Shown here piece by piece: positions 1-17,220 of a stretch of DNA of 64,000 nt. The translations under genes were made by a program, and so were the position numbers. Positions within the stretch are counted from its first letter, which is position 1; each line of letters starts with the position of its first letter. The stretch is from Octopus vulgaris. Its lineage: Eukaryota. The notes below the pieces were generated by a model that did not search any database, was not told where the DNA came from, and was given only the letters and a program-made list of their open reading frames with translations. Where the stretch lies: the NCBI GenBank assembly GCA_951406725.2, contig OX597815.1, forward strand, positions 1 to 64,000, read 5' to 3'.

Positions 1-2040
<2,040 letters not shown>

Positions 2041-2139
2041 GCTTGAGAATCGGTTGATAAGCCGTGGTCAGGGTGAGGGTATAAGAAAACAGACACACAG
2101 AAACACGCACAGACAAACTGCCGTTTATATAGAGAGAGA
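2041..2139 (-). mobile_element. Helitron-like 5' terminal fragment
   Basis: The reverse complement (TCTCTCTCTATATAAACGGCAGTTTGTCTGT...ACCCTCACCCTGACCACGGCTT-TCAACCGATTC) matches the 5' end of the element at 10550. Confidence 0.7.
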
Positions 2140-2140
2140 T

Positions 2141-2535
2141 ATTCTCAGAACCTTTAGAAATTCAGAACTGGGCGCCACTGTGTGGTGCCTAGGACTCCAA
2201 AATTGCCATCAAGATGTAGGACAAGATACTGTGATAGCCTGGGCTTCCGAGGCCCACAGCTCTTCAATATCCTCCCGAAGAATCTAAGAGACCTGCATGG
2301 GGTGGATGCTGATGTCTTTAAAATTAAACTGGATCTCTTCTTGTCAGTTATCCCAGATGAACCAACTTCACGACAGGAGGTGCAGATGAGGGCAACTGCA
2401 TCGAACTCTCTCATGCACCAAATGGCAGTTGCTAAAAAGCATTCGTGAAGTAAAACCATGTAGCAACACCAAATGGCGGTGCCCCAGCATGGCCGCAGCT
2501 CGTGAGCTGAAACTAGAATCAATCAATCAATCAAT
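2141..2535 (+). mobile_element. 3' fragment of a CR1/L2-group LINE (second family) with a (AATC)n tail
   Basis: [23 protein letters not shown]...LFLSVIPDEP; 3' motif CGGTGCCCCAGCATGGCCGCAGCT..TGAGCTGAAACTAG followed by AATC repeats. Confidence 0.8.
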
Positions 2536-2685
2536 ATATATATATATATATAATTAATTAATAAGGGTGAGAGAATTAGATACTAATTTAATAGCATACC
2601 TATTCAACACCAAGTGGCCCAGTGTCTCAAGAAACCTGGATTATTATAATATTTTATAATATATTATAATATTTTATACAAAAAT

Positions 2686-3160
2686 AATATAAGAGAATGG
2701 TCACTATGTGGCTCATTCTAGCACTAGAAAATGCAAAAGGTTTCAAACTCACAAAATACATGTTTCCTATGAAAATGTCAGTGGCGAGTTACAAGATCAG
2801 AACAGGGCAAATAAAAAATAACAGAAAATACAGATTAGACTTGGGACAACTGCGCTTATTAATGAATTAAATGTAATTTTACTTGCTAAAAAATTTCACT
2901 TGTAAGTCTCCTCAGCCAAAACTATAGTTTTGGCTGAGGGAGCTACAAGTGGGTTTTTTGTAAGTAAAATTACATTTAATTCATTAATAGCGAAACAATT
3001 GTCCCAAAATAATCTGTATTTTTGTTATTTTTTATTTGCCCTGTTCGTGTGAGCTAACAATCGTACTGACTTTCATAGGAAACATGTATTTTTGTGGTTG
3101 AAACCTTTTGCATTTTTCTAGTGCTAGAATGATGCCACATAGTGACCATTCTCTTATATT
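2686..3160. repeat. ~235-bp-arm imperfect palindrome centred at 2924/2925
   Basis: Centre CTCAGCCAAAACTA|TAGTTTTGGCTGAG; the arms stay complementary out to AAGAGAATGGTCACTATGTGGC / GCCACATAGTGACCATTCTCTT. Confidence 0.9.
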
Positions 3161-3186
3161 TATTTTTATATATATATATATATATA

Positions 3187-3274
<88 letters not shown>

Positions 3275-3327
3275 GTATATATATATATATGTATATATAT
3301 ATGTATATATATATATATATATGTATA

Positions 3328-3425
<98 letters not shown>

Positions 3426-3445
3426 GTATATATATATAATATATT
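3161..3445. repeat. (AT)n microsatellite
   Basis: Direct reading. Confidence 0.95.
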
Positions 3446-3462
3446 CTTAAAATCCTTAAAAA

Positions 3463-4992
<1,530 letters not shown>

Positions 4993-5429
4993 TATCCGTT
5001 TTCCCTCGCTAGCACGGGTTAGGAAAAATATGTATTTTTATATGAGATGTTGTATAAAGTAAATAAATTATAAAAAGAGTGATATGAAGATATAAAGTTT
5101 TAGGACGAGATAAGGTACAATTTGTTTAAAAATTTGTATAGTTAAATAATGGATATATTAAATAGAACATGTTGGTCTGTACAGTTACTTTCTTGGAACG
5201 AACCACACTCAGAAGACTTGAACAAAAATGGACCTAAGAAGCATATTTTGTGCGAAGACTTCTGCTGACATTGGCAGTAATGATATATTAAAAAGTACAC
5301 TGCGCCTGTAGAAGACATATACATTAAACATTCATTTATTCTGAGGAACTAGAGACCAGATTGAGTTCTGTCAACAATGATCCATCTCTTATTACACTCG
5401 ACAATAACAAAAATTCTATTTAAGATGTG

Positions 5430-5939
5430 TTGAGGCAATGAGGATCAGAATCGAAATAGATCAATGGAAATTGCGGATTATACCAGTGCCGGTGGCATGT
5501 CGAAACTTGCTTGTGAAGACCCGTTGAGGCAAGTGAGGATCAGAATCGAAATCGATCAATGGAAATCGATCAATGGAAATTGCAGATGTGTTACCAGTGC
5601 CGGTGGCATGTAAGAGAACTTTCCGTTTCGCGACCGTTGCCAGCACCGCCCCGTTTCGTGTCCGTTGCCAGCCTCGCCTGGCCCTCGTGCCGGCGGCACA
5701 TAAAAAGCACCATCCGTTCGTGGCCGTTTGCCAGCTCTATCTGGCACCAGTGCGGGTGGCACGTAAAAAGCACCCACTACACTCACGGAGTGGTTGGCGT
5801 TAGGAAGGGCATCCAGCCGTAGAAACACTGCCAGATTTGACTGGGCCTGATGAAGCCTTCTGGCTTCACAGACCCCAGTAGAACCGTCCAACCCATGCTA
5901 GCATGGAAAACGGACGCTAAACGATGATGATGATGATGA

Positions 5940-5942
<3 letters not shown>
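5430..5942 (+). mobile_element. RTE-LINE 3'UTR/tail fragment ending in (GAT)n
   Basis: GTGGTTGGCGTTAGGAAGGGCATCCAGC...CCCATGCTAGCATGGAAAACGGACGCTAAACGATGATGAT, homologous to the 3' end of the RTE at 24921-27080. Confidence 0.85.
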
Positions 5943-5997
<55 letters not shown>

Positions 5998-6176
5998 ATA
6001 TGTATGCATAGACAGCTGGATACATATATACATGCTGCATGCACACATAAAAAAGCAATTTTCGTGGGTCAGAAAATAACAGGCACTCATATATTAGGTA
6101 ATAAAGTAAATATATTATTCATCTGAAATTATAAATTTAATCTGATAACCAATTCATGTTACCAAAAGGTTTCATG

Positions 6177-6233
<57 letters not shown>

Positions 6234-6343
6234 TGCCCCAGCATGGCCACAGCTCATGAGCTGAAACTAGATAAAATATAAAATATATATACATACATAT
6301 ATATATACATACATATATGTATATATACATATATATATACATA

Positions 6344-6402
<59 letters not shown>

Positions 6403-6463
6403 ATATACATATATCTATATATTTCTCCATTTTCTTATCTTGTATATATATATATACATATAC

Positions 6464-6518
<55 letters not shown>

Positions 6519-6525
6519 TATATAC

Positions 6526-6736
<211 letters not shown>

Positions 6737-6782
6737 CATATATATATACATATATATATATATACATATATATACATATATA

Positions 6783-7398
6783 TCATCATCATCATCATCA
6801 TCATTTAGCGTCCGTTTTCCATGCTAGCATGGGTTGGACGGTTCAACTGGGGTCTGGGGAGCCCGAAGGCTGCACCAGGCCAGTCAGATCTGGCAGTGTT
6901 TCTACAGCTGGATGCCCTTCCTAACGCCAACCACTCCGAGAGTGTAGTGGGTGATTTTATGTGCCACCGACACAGGTGCCAGACGAGGCTGGCGAACGGC
7001 CACGCTCGGATGGTGTTTTTATGTGCCACCGACACAGGTGCCAGACGAGGCTGGCAGACGGCCACGCTCGGATGGTGTTTTTATGTGCCACCGACACAGG
7101 TGCCAGACGAGGCTGGCAGACGGCCACGCTCGGATGGTGTTTTTATGTGCCACCGACACAGGTGCCAGATGAGGCTGGCGGACGGCCACGATCGGATGGT
7201 GTTTGTTACGTCCCCAAAGCACGGAGGCCAGTCTATGCGGTACTGGCTACGGCCACGTTCGGATGATTTTCTTGTGTGCCACCGGCACTGGTACCACAAA
7301 GATACAAATTCCATTTATGTTCATCTATTTTGATTTGATTTGATTTGATTTTCACTTGCCTCAACAGGTCTTCACAAGTGTCACAAGAAGGAAGGTAT
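6783..7398 (-). mobile_element. RTE-LINE 3'UTR copy with ~4 internal ~60-bp tandem units
   Basis: Reverse complement of 28901-29520; the ORF-track translations of the two copies are identical; (ATC)n tail at 6783-6803. Confidence 0.9.
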
Positions 7399-7962
<564 letters not shown>

Positions 7963-7964
7963 AA

Positions 7965-9236
7965 ATCAAATGTGGACGTAATCTACCTTGATTTTGCAAA
8001 AGCTTCTGACAAGGTGGATCATGGTATGATATGCCACAAACTGCGTGACTTCAGCATAGCTGGAAAACTTGGAGTGTGGTTGCATGACTTCCTGAAAGAT
8101 AGGAGTCAGGCAGTATTGGTTAATGGAGCCACCTCTATGAACACACAAATAGTGAGCGGTGTTCCACAGGGCACTGTCTTGGGACCACTGCTTTTTATAG
8201 TGGCCCTCTCAGATATGCCCTCAAATGCCCGGATAGCCACTCTGGCCAGCTATGCAGACGATACGAAAGTCTCGCAGAAAATACAGAACCCCAGCAATGT
8301 TGCACACCCGCAGCAGGAGTTGGACTCAATCTACAGATGGGCTGAGGATAATAATATGCAGTTTAATGCTGAAAAATTCCAGGCCCTGCACTACCAGCAT
8401 CCAAAACTGAATATTAAACATACAGGATACACCAGTCCACAGGGAATTTCAATCTCAGAGCCTAAGTCTGTGAGGGACCTGGGTATCGACATGAGTGATG
8501 ATACCTCTTTCCAAGTGCACATTACCAGGATGGCAACAAAGTGCTGACGACTGGCTGGGTGGATCCTTAGAACATTCAGAACCAGAGATAAGGAAACCAT
8601 GATGGTCCTCTGGCGGACATTCATCCTCAGTCGCCTGGATTGCTGCTCACAGCTATGGTCACCCACCAGTGTAAAATTAACAGCGGACCTTGAAGCAATC
8701 CAGAGAAGATTCACAAAGAAGATCGTCTCTTTGCAACAGCTCAGCTACTGGGAAAGGTTGAAACAGCTAAGACTCTACTCCCTGGAGAGAAGACAGGAGA
8801 GGTATGCAGTAATATATGTCTGGAAGATCCTGGAAGGAATTGTGCCAAATTTTGGCATTGTAAGCTACACCAATGCTAGAACGGGACGACACTGCATAGT
8901 GCCAAAGATCCCAGCAATGCCATCACGTTTCAGGAGCAGCTTCTGCAACAGCCTGGGTTTCAGGCTTTTTAATATTCTCCCAAAAGAGTCTGAGGAATTT
9001 GCACAAAGTAGATGTAGCGGTTTTTAAATCAAAGCTGGACATCTTCCTGTCAAGAGTCCCAGATGAACCTACCTCACGGCAAGAGGTGCAAATGAGAGTA
9101 GCTGTATCAAACTCCATTCTTCACCAAGTGCCACATATTAGACGAGGTTCGTCGCAATAACAGTGTAGCACAAAACGGCGGTGCATCAGCATGGCCGCAG
9201 TTCTGAGCTGAAACTAGGAAAAAAAAAAAAAAAAAA
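7965..9236 (+). mobile_element. 5'-truncated CR1/L2-group LINE: reverse transcriptase pseudogene plus 3' end and poly-A
   Basis: [31 protein letters not shown] and YADD RT motifs; premature stop at 8545-8547; 3' motif CAGCATGGCCGCAG..GAGCTGAAACTAG followed by an A-run. Confidence 0.92.
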
Positions 9237-9239
9237 GCT

Positions 9240-9738
9240 CAGAGCTGCGGCCAGACATATAACACACACACACACTCACGCACGCACACATGTACATCAA
9301 TGCTTCCGATGCACACCAACTTCAAAAGAACTTTCCGAAAAAAAATGCACGTGTATCTGTTTCCCCGCTTGCAAAGAGGAAGTAGGAGAAAGTGTGGTAA
9401 TAGACGGAGGAAAGCATTTGAAATGAGAGAAGCAATCATATATGTATATGTTTGCATGTCTATGTGTGTGTACACTTGCAAAGAGAAAGTAGCAGAAAGT
9501 GTGGTAATAGAAAGAGTGAAGCATTTGAAATGAGAGAGGCAAATCGTAAAATATTGAGTTTGATCTAACTTTTGCTTAATTGGGGGTCAAATTGAAAAAA
9601 ATTTATATGCCATGACCCAATCGAATCTACTTCGAAAAATCATAGGTAAATTCCAATTGAAGAAATTGTATATTGTACAATTGTATTAAAAACAAACATG
9701 GTAACAGGCAGAGAAAATCTGCCTTTTATCATAAGAGA
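9240..9738 (-). mobile_element. Helitron-like non-autonomous fragment (5' end at ~9738)
   Basis: The minus strand begins A|TCTCTTATGATAAAAGGCAG, similar to the 10550 Helitron start; internal direct repeat around 9368-9430 and 9475-9538. Confidence 0.5.
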
Positions 9739-10169
9739 TTTTACATATATATATATAACATATTTTCTTCAGCCAAGTGCTCTTTTTGCTATGAACCTTT
9801 ACTTCTATCAAGAAATATGGAGACAAGAGGACATGAACACATACTAACACATTATCACCATCATCATATAATGTCTGTTTTCCATGCTGGCATAGGTTGG
9901 ATGGTTTGACAGTAGTTGGCAAGTGGGAGAGCCGCACCAGGCTCCAGTTGTCTGTTTTGCCAACTACTTTACAGAGTTTACTGGGTATTCTTTATCATGG
10001 CACCAGCAATGACAGGATCAGCAAGTGGCTTGCAAGACAGAAATCCTGGGAGGGGGAGAATAGTATTGAGAGGCTGTGGCTTTGTACCAGCTGAGAGATT
10101 TAAGGTGTAGAGTAGAAGGGAGAGTAAGATAAAGAGAAATGATGGTGCAGACGGGTTGAGACATGCCCT

Positions 10170-10460
10170 TGAGGGACATTGGCAAATATCGCATCGCTTT
10201 ACTGGCACCCACGCCGGTAGCATGTGTAAAAGATTCCAGCAAGGTCGTTGCCAGTGCTGCCTGACTGGCCCCATGCCAGTGGCACATAAAAGCACCCACT
10301 ACACTCTAAGAGTGGTTGGTGTTAGGAAAGACATCCAGCTGTAGAAACTCTGCCAGATCAAGATTGAAGCCTGGTGCAGCCATCTGGTTCACCAGCCCTC
10401 AGTCATACGTCCAACCCATGCTAGCATGGAAAGCGGACGTTAAACGATGATGATGATGAT
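10170..10460 (+). mobile_element. RTE-LINE 3' tail fragment
   Basis: Conserved tail motif, the CCATGCTAGCATGG palindrome and (GAT)n. Confidence 0.85.
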
Positions 10461-10549
10461 ATATATATTACAAATTTGGGATTTTACCAATAGAACTGCA
10501 ACTCCTATTTCAGGATAAACTTATTGTATGAAATACACATAGAAAGTTA

Positions 10550-11824
10550 TCTCTATATATATAAAAGGCAGTTTGTCTGTCAGGTTGTACCCTCACCCTG
10601 ACCACGGCTTTCAACCGATTCTGATGAAACTTGACACTCACATAGCCCAATGTCATAATTCAAAACTAACGCAGCGAAAATTTTGAAAAGTTCCCCCAGT
10701 TCTGAAAAAAATCGATAAATTCAACATGGGGTCAAGAATCTAAGCTTATCATATGCAACACATTTTCCGTTGTAGTTTTCGCAACTTGCAATCGATTTTC
10801 ACCAAACTCATGCTGAAGCTTAATGTTACCCTAAGGAACTTAATTCTGATGTTAGTTTTCCATGCAATACCTTACCATCAGAAAAAAATTGATAAAATCA
10901 TGCCATTTTGGGAAATCGCATTCAAATTCAAGATGACATATTTTCGACAATATCTTTAACAAATTGGCAAGAATTTATTTTGAAATTCACAGCGAGCATC
11001 ATGTCTGCTCCAAGGAGCTATATGGCCCTTTTGATTCCAATAGGATACGTTATTACTGGAAAAAATCGGTTAATTACATCATATGTGGCACACATAGCAA
11101 ACCGATTTTTCTGCGATAATTTTTGAAAGTTCACATAGATTTTCCCTACACCGATGTTGGACATCAAGTTTGCATTAAATGTCAAACTAACGACCTTTTG
11201 TCAATGCAGTTAACAAGTATTGGGAGAAATCGACAAAACCATATCACTTTGAGACCGACCATGCGAACCCTACAAAACTGACTTTTGTTAAATAGTTCGC
11301 AGATTTCAGGCGATTTAGTCGATTTTTGCCGCTTCAGCTTGGAACGTCGTATACATAGAAGTATTGGAGTGAAGAGAAGACGTTGCAACCTACACAAGCG
11401 CCTTCGTTCCTTAGAGGGAAAGGACTAGATCGGGATTAGTCGTTGCCTACTAGAGGCTCCCGAGTCCCCTTTCGCTAGACTTAAGTCAGGATTAGGTAGG
11501 GCTTAGCTGTGGTCCGAACACAACTTGGGTTCGGGGGGGGGGGGGGGTCAAAAGGGCCGGCATGTGCAACCTTATCACCTCTGCCTGTCAAACTCCCAAC
11601 CCATGCGTTCCCGTCATGACACTGATCCCGCAGAACTGGGTTGGGTGTGCTAAACAAAACCAGAAAATGCACTTTGACTGTCATAGATTTTCTTCATGCA
11701 TGCCTTCATGCCTTTTAGGCTTCATTTTACAAAATAACGGTTCAATGAGTACAAAAAAGGTAAAGGGCATTGATTATCGACAAAGTTTCTTACATACCCA
11801 GGCAATGCCGGGTTATGCTGCTAG
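10550..11824 (+). mobile_element. Non-autonomous Helitron
   Basis: A|TC 5' terminus; 3' GC-rich hairpin CCCAGGC-AAT-GCCGGG (11797-11812) followed by CTAG|T; inserted between A and T; no TSD seen. Confidence 0.8.
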
Positions 11825-12702
11825 TATCCAATAAAATAATATAAGCAGTTAAAAAACCTACTACAAAATACAATAAAATTGTTTGAAAAAATATATATAA
11901 AACTTACCTGTTATTAGTCTGTGAGGAAAAAAGGTATTTCTAATCAACCCTACAAGTGTTTCTAAGATTTTAAAAATATTCAGTCATATATATAAAATAT
12001 GCTCAAAAAGAAATAAAAATAAATAAAAATGGGCATGGTTGTACCAAATATAGATCTCTCAGTTTTCACATGATAGATACTTTGCTTCATATTTTATATA
12101 AAATATTAAATTTTATATATAATATATAAATATAATATACAATATATGATATAAATATAATATATATCATATTTTATATATGGCTTTATACATATGTATA
12201 TATAATTTATAAAATATTTTATATATTATATAATATGCATAATATATTACATTTTATACATACAAACAAAAAGTTACCAATAACACTTTTGAACAAAAAG
12301 ACCTTTCATCTTTAGTTAACATTATATGAATGAATGATACAAGTTTCAAAAGTCATTCTAAATAGTACATAACTAGCTTTTATGTGAGTGTACCTATGTT
12401 AACACATGAATTGAATGGTAGTTAGTATAATGTAGACCTAGCTTTATAAGTTTAAACAATTCACATTTAGGTCCTTATTATTATTATTCATTAAACTTAA
12501 TTTACCTTTCCTCCAATCCCTTTGGGAAAAGATATATCTGTATATTTTTTGTATGGGAAGATTTTGATCAGAGGTTGAAAGTTTCTGGTGGAAAAAAAAA
12601 ATATTAAAATTTGGTTTAAAAAAAAAAAACCCCAAAAAAAGTGAGCTACAGTAAAACAGCCAACCTAGCTTTGTTAGATGTAGAAATATATAAAAGGGCC
12701 AA

Positions 12703-12768
12703 GGAACTGTGTTTATTAATGTGTAATAAACACATGGAACTGTGTTTATTAATGTGTAATAAACACAC
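12703..12768. repeat. 33-bp tandem duplication, each unit a hairpin
   Basis: GGAAC-TGTGTTTATTA-ATGTG-TAATAAACACA-T occurs twice. Confidence 0.85.
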
Positions 12769-13001
12769 CTATGAAATAAATATATGATCAAAGATGGAAA
12801 AAAAAAAAAAAAAAGAAAATCTGAGTAGGTTATAATATAAACCTGACTTCAGAACTATAATTCAAAAAAGGATTTTTTATTCATCCTTTAGTCATTATTC
12901 AAATTTTGACTAAAAATTTCCTTCAATCACTGAGAGAGGAGGAGTCATATAATATATATAACGACTCAACTGTGAATGATCAAATGATATATATATATAT
13001 A

Positions 13002-14238
13002 TTGGGTCATCCCATAAATAATGCAGTTTTTCATTTACATGAACTAAAAGTTGGAGAAGGACAGGATAAACTACCTGCATCAACTTGCTATAAAAGCAGG
13101 TAGTAATTTTACCTGGTACTTATTCTTAGTGCAAGTTTTGAAGAGTGCAGTTTGATCTTAACAGTTATTTTTTCAAAGCTATAATGGAAGTGGCAAAAGA
13201 ATATGTTTGGCATATTTTTCTGTATGAGTTCAATAAGGCAGCAATGCAACAGAAAATGCAAGGAATATTAATGCAGTATATAGGGATCAGACAATATGTG
13301 TAAGTCAGTGTCAACGATGGTTCCAAAAATTCTAAGCTGGAAACTACAGCCTAGAAGATGAGACTCATCCTGGATGATCTGCAGAGCTCAATGAGGATGT
13401 CCTGCAAATCCTGGTGAAACAAAATCCAGTTGTAACTGTTGAAGAACTAGCAGAGAAGCTTGGATTTAGCCATTCAACCATTCATTGATACCTGCATGCC
13501 ATCAGAAAAGTCAGTAAATTGGGTCAAAGGGTTCGTCACAAACCTTCCAAGTCTAATTGTGTACAGAGAGTGAATGTGTACTCTTCTTTGCTGTCATGTC
13601 TCATGGCAAGAAATGGGTTCTTTATAAAAATGTCAAGCGCCAAAGACAGTGGGTAAGGGAAAGGAGAAACACTGGCATCCCAGGCTAAAGAAGATCTTTA
13701 CCCACGTAAAGTGTTATCTGTTTGGTAGGACATGAAAGGTTTAGTCCACTTTGAACTTTTAAACCCAAACCAAACGATAACAAAGGAGATCTGCAAGGAG
13801 CTTCAGCTGCTTAAGTCAGCGCTAGAAGAAAAAATCTTTGGTTTCAAGATGAAAGGTGTTCTTCCATCAGGATAATGCTTGACCACATACAGCAAGGATG
13901 ACATTCCAAAAGCTGGAGCAGTTTGAATGGGAAACGATGCCCCACCCACCATATTCGCCAGACATTGCCCCATCTGATTAACATTTATTCAACAGTCTTC
14001 AAAATCATTTGGATGGAAAAAATATGAATCCTGTAAACGAGGTCAGAACAGTACTGGAGAAGTATTTTTCGTCAGGGACAAGTGAATTTTGGAAGATGGG
14101 GCCTTGCAAGTTTACCAGATAGATGGAAGAGTATTGTGGAAAATGAAGGAGAGTATGTTTTAGACTAAAAAAGAATTTTGTTTATTTCAATTTTGTAAAC
14201 AGTATAAAAGAACCCACATTATTTATGGGCTGACCCAA
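13002..14238 (+). mobile_element. Full-length but decayed mariner (Tc1/mariner) DNA transposon
   Basis: TIRs TTGGGTCATCCCATAAATAATG / CATTATTTATGGGCTGACCCAA with TA flanks; transposase remnants HQDNA*PH and YSPDIAPSD*HLF; multiple stops. Confidence 0.93.
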
Positions 14239-14439
14239 TATATATATAAACACACACACACATATATGACTGGCTTCTTTTAGTTTCATCTACTAAATTC
14301 ACTCATAAGGAGTTGTTGGTCTGTCTGAGGCTGTAGAAGAAAGCACTGCTTTATCACATTCCTCACTGATGTGTAACTCTTCTGACAACATTTGGTGAAA
14401 GATACAATACACACACACACATTGAGCTTTCATACAATT

Positions 14440-14680
14440 TCTTTTATCTTTTACTTGTTTCAATCATTAGACTGCAGCCATGCTGGAGCACTGCCTTGAA
14501 TTTTAGTTGAATGAATCAACCCCAATACTTACTTTCTTTTTAAGCCTGGTACTTATTTTATCAGTCTCTTTTGCCAAACCACTAAGTTACAAGGATGTGA
14601 ACACACCAACACCAGTAGTTGTTAAGCTGTGGTAGAGGACAAAGACAGACACACACACACACACACATACACACACACAT
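14440..14680 (-). mobile_element. SINE 3' part (family of 33355-33722)
   Basis: The reverse complement ends CAAGGCAGTGCTCCAGCATGGCTGCAGTCTAATGATTGAAACAAGTAAAAGATAAAAG. Confidence 0.75.
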
Positions 14681-14699
14681 ATACATGTATATGTATATA

Positions 14700-17050
14700 G
14701 TCAGCTCGTTAGCTGGTGTAGGAAAAGAGGATTAGTGTCTGAAGAAACACTGTAAAGCTAAGTGCTTTATGGACATGAAACTCAGGGTAACCCCATAGAC
14801 TGGCCATAGCTATCTTTAACACAATGTACATGACTCCTTTTCAGTTGATGCCAAGGACATATTTTCCAATGGCTATTGTGAATCAATATCACTATTCAAC
14901 AAAGCCAAAAACATGATCATTGTTGGTCTTTACAGGCCTCCCCAAGCACCTCTAAAGTGCTTTGAAGAGTGCCTACAAAATCCACTAACACAAACAGAAA
15001 CCTAGAAAGAAAAAACCCATCAGGCGCATCAAAAGACTCGATAAAAAAATCAACCAATTAAAATACTCCCACATACAACATCTACATTCAACAACAATGA
15101 AAAGGCTGGAGTTGGAAAAAACCTCAACATGAAAACCTCCATTGAAAATCAAAGAGCTGCAGAGGAACAGTGGGTAATCAAAAACATCAAACAGAATCCA
15201 AAATTTTTCTATTATTATGCAAATAAGCATAGAACCGCTGTCTCACCCACTGGGCCATTGATCAATAATAATGGCATTCCCCAACACGATGCTAAAGAAA
15301 TGGCAGAAATACTGCAGAAACAATACTGCTGTGTCTTTAGTGATCCCACGGATATTGATGTAAGAGAAGCGAACGAAGTTGATTCCCAACATAAAATCTT
15401 GGACATCACCTTTACTGCTTCAGACATCATAGCAGCAATAAATGAGATCAAATACTGTTCTGATGTAGACCCTGATAGATTCCTCGCTAGTCTCCTGAAG
15501 GAATGTAGACACCAACTTGCTGTTCCTCAGACCAACCTCTGGAGAAATTCTTTCGAAACAGCTCTTATTCCAGTCTGTCATCTCGGTTTTCAAACAGGGA
15601 AACAGATCCCTCGCAGTCAACTATCATCCAATCTCACTCACCTCCCACATCATTAAAGTGTTTGAAAGGGTGATGAGATAAAGGATAGCTGACTTCCTGG
15701 AGACCCACAAACTCCTAAATGCAAATCAGCATGGCTTTCACTGTGGCAGGGACTGTCTAACACAGCTCTTACACCACATCGATCATATCCTTAAAGCCTT
15801 GGGAACAGGTTTGAACTCTGATGTCATATATCTTGACTTCAGTAAAGCATTCAACAGAGTTGACCATAATATCTTACTCTCAAAATTGGCAAATGTTGGA
15901 ATCCGTGGAAAACTACTACACTGGATATAGTATTTCTTGGAGAACAGAACACAACATGTTGTGATCGGTGGAATCCACTCAAGCCGAGCAAAAGTCACCA
16001 CTGACGGTCGTGGGTCCGCTCCTCTTTATAATCTATATAAACGACCTTTCCAGTGTCATAAAACACTGCAAAGTGAAAATATTTGCTGATGATTCTAAGC
16101 TCCAGTAAATCATCAATGAAGAAGAAGACCGAACTCAACTCCAGTCTGATCTATATGCTGTGAGTCAATGGGCAGACAGAAACAAAATGCAACTGAACGA
16201 GGGAAAATTTGAGCTGATGCATTTTGGAAGAAAGACTTTACTAAAACAGCCATACTCTCTTCCTTCAGGGGAACCACTCACAGTATCTAATAATATCAGA
16301 GACCTGGCTGTAATTGTTGATGACGATCTCAGTTGGAGTGCACGCATCAACAATAAGGTCGATATAGCTCGTAGGATGAGCTCCTGGATCTTAAGAACTT
16401 TCCGGTCCAGAGAACGAGGTATCATCATACCACTTTTCTCCTCCTTTGTACGGCCACACCTCAAATACTGCTGCCCACTGTGGTCTCCCCATACAAGACA
16501 AAACATCTCGAGGATTGAATCACCCCAGAGAGCACTCACTAAACAAATTGAAGGCATAACTAATCTCGATTATTGGGACCGCCTCAAAGCCTTGAAACTC
16601 TACTTTCTCCAGCACCGCCATGAGTGGTACATCATTTATACGATCTGGAGAATATGCCACCAGCATTGCCCAAACGACCTGAACATTAGTTTCAAGGTTC
16701 ATCCAAGGCTGGGACCACAGGCCATACGTCCCCTGCCCAATTCAGGATTGCAGCATATAGGTACACTGCGACATAATTTCTTTTCCTCAACAGGCCCTGC
16801 CCTGTTTAACATTGTCCCAAAAGACATCAAAGAGGAAACGGATCCCATCACCTTTAAACGGAGTCTGCACAGATTTCTTCAAGAAATACCAGACAAGCCG
16901 CCCATACCTGGATACAACACACTCAGTAAGAACTCATTACTTGAATGAACCATAAACAAAACTTGACATTAAAAGGATTTAGATAATCCTATCAGGTAGT
17001 GTTATTAAGTTAGACATGGTCCGGACCAATCTTTGGTTGAAACATATCTG
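14700..17050 (+). mobile_element. Decayed CR1/L2-group LINE ORF2 (endonuclease remnant, RT, C-terminus, 3'UTR)
   Basis: IIVGLYRPP (APE endonuclease remnant), IKQNPKFFYYYA, DVIYLDFSKAF, FADDSKL, RPHLKYCCPLWSP; frameshifts and stops. Confidence 0.9.
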
Positions 17051-17071
17051 AGTTTTATATATATATAAAAT

Positions 17072-17220
17072 GAGCTTCTTTCAGTTCCTGTCTACCAAAT
17101 CCACTCACTGGGCTTTGGTCACTCCAAGGCTATAGTAGAAGACACTTGACCTAGGTGTCACACTGTAGGACTGAACCTGAAACCATGTGGTTGGGAAGCA
17201 AGTTTCTTACCACACAGTCT
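17072..17220 (-). mobile_element. tRNA-derived SINE 5' part
   Basis: The reverse complement matches the head of 33355-33722 (TGTGTGGTAAGAAACTTGCTTCCCAACCACATGGTTTCAGGTTCAGTCC). Confidence 0.75.

Noticed and set aside
5845-5875. CTGATGA-AGCC-TTCT-GGCT hairpin as a hammerhead (also ~38788)
   Set aside because: No GAAA follows stem II, and it is a variable part of the RTE tail.
6821-7333. ORFs such as [13 protein letters not shown]... and MPPTQVPDEAG...
   Set aside because: These are antisense or alternative frames of the GC-rich RTE 3'UTR repeats, with no recognisable domain.
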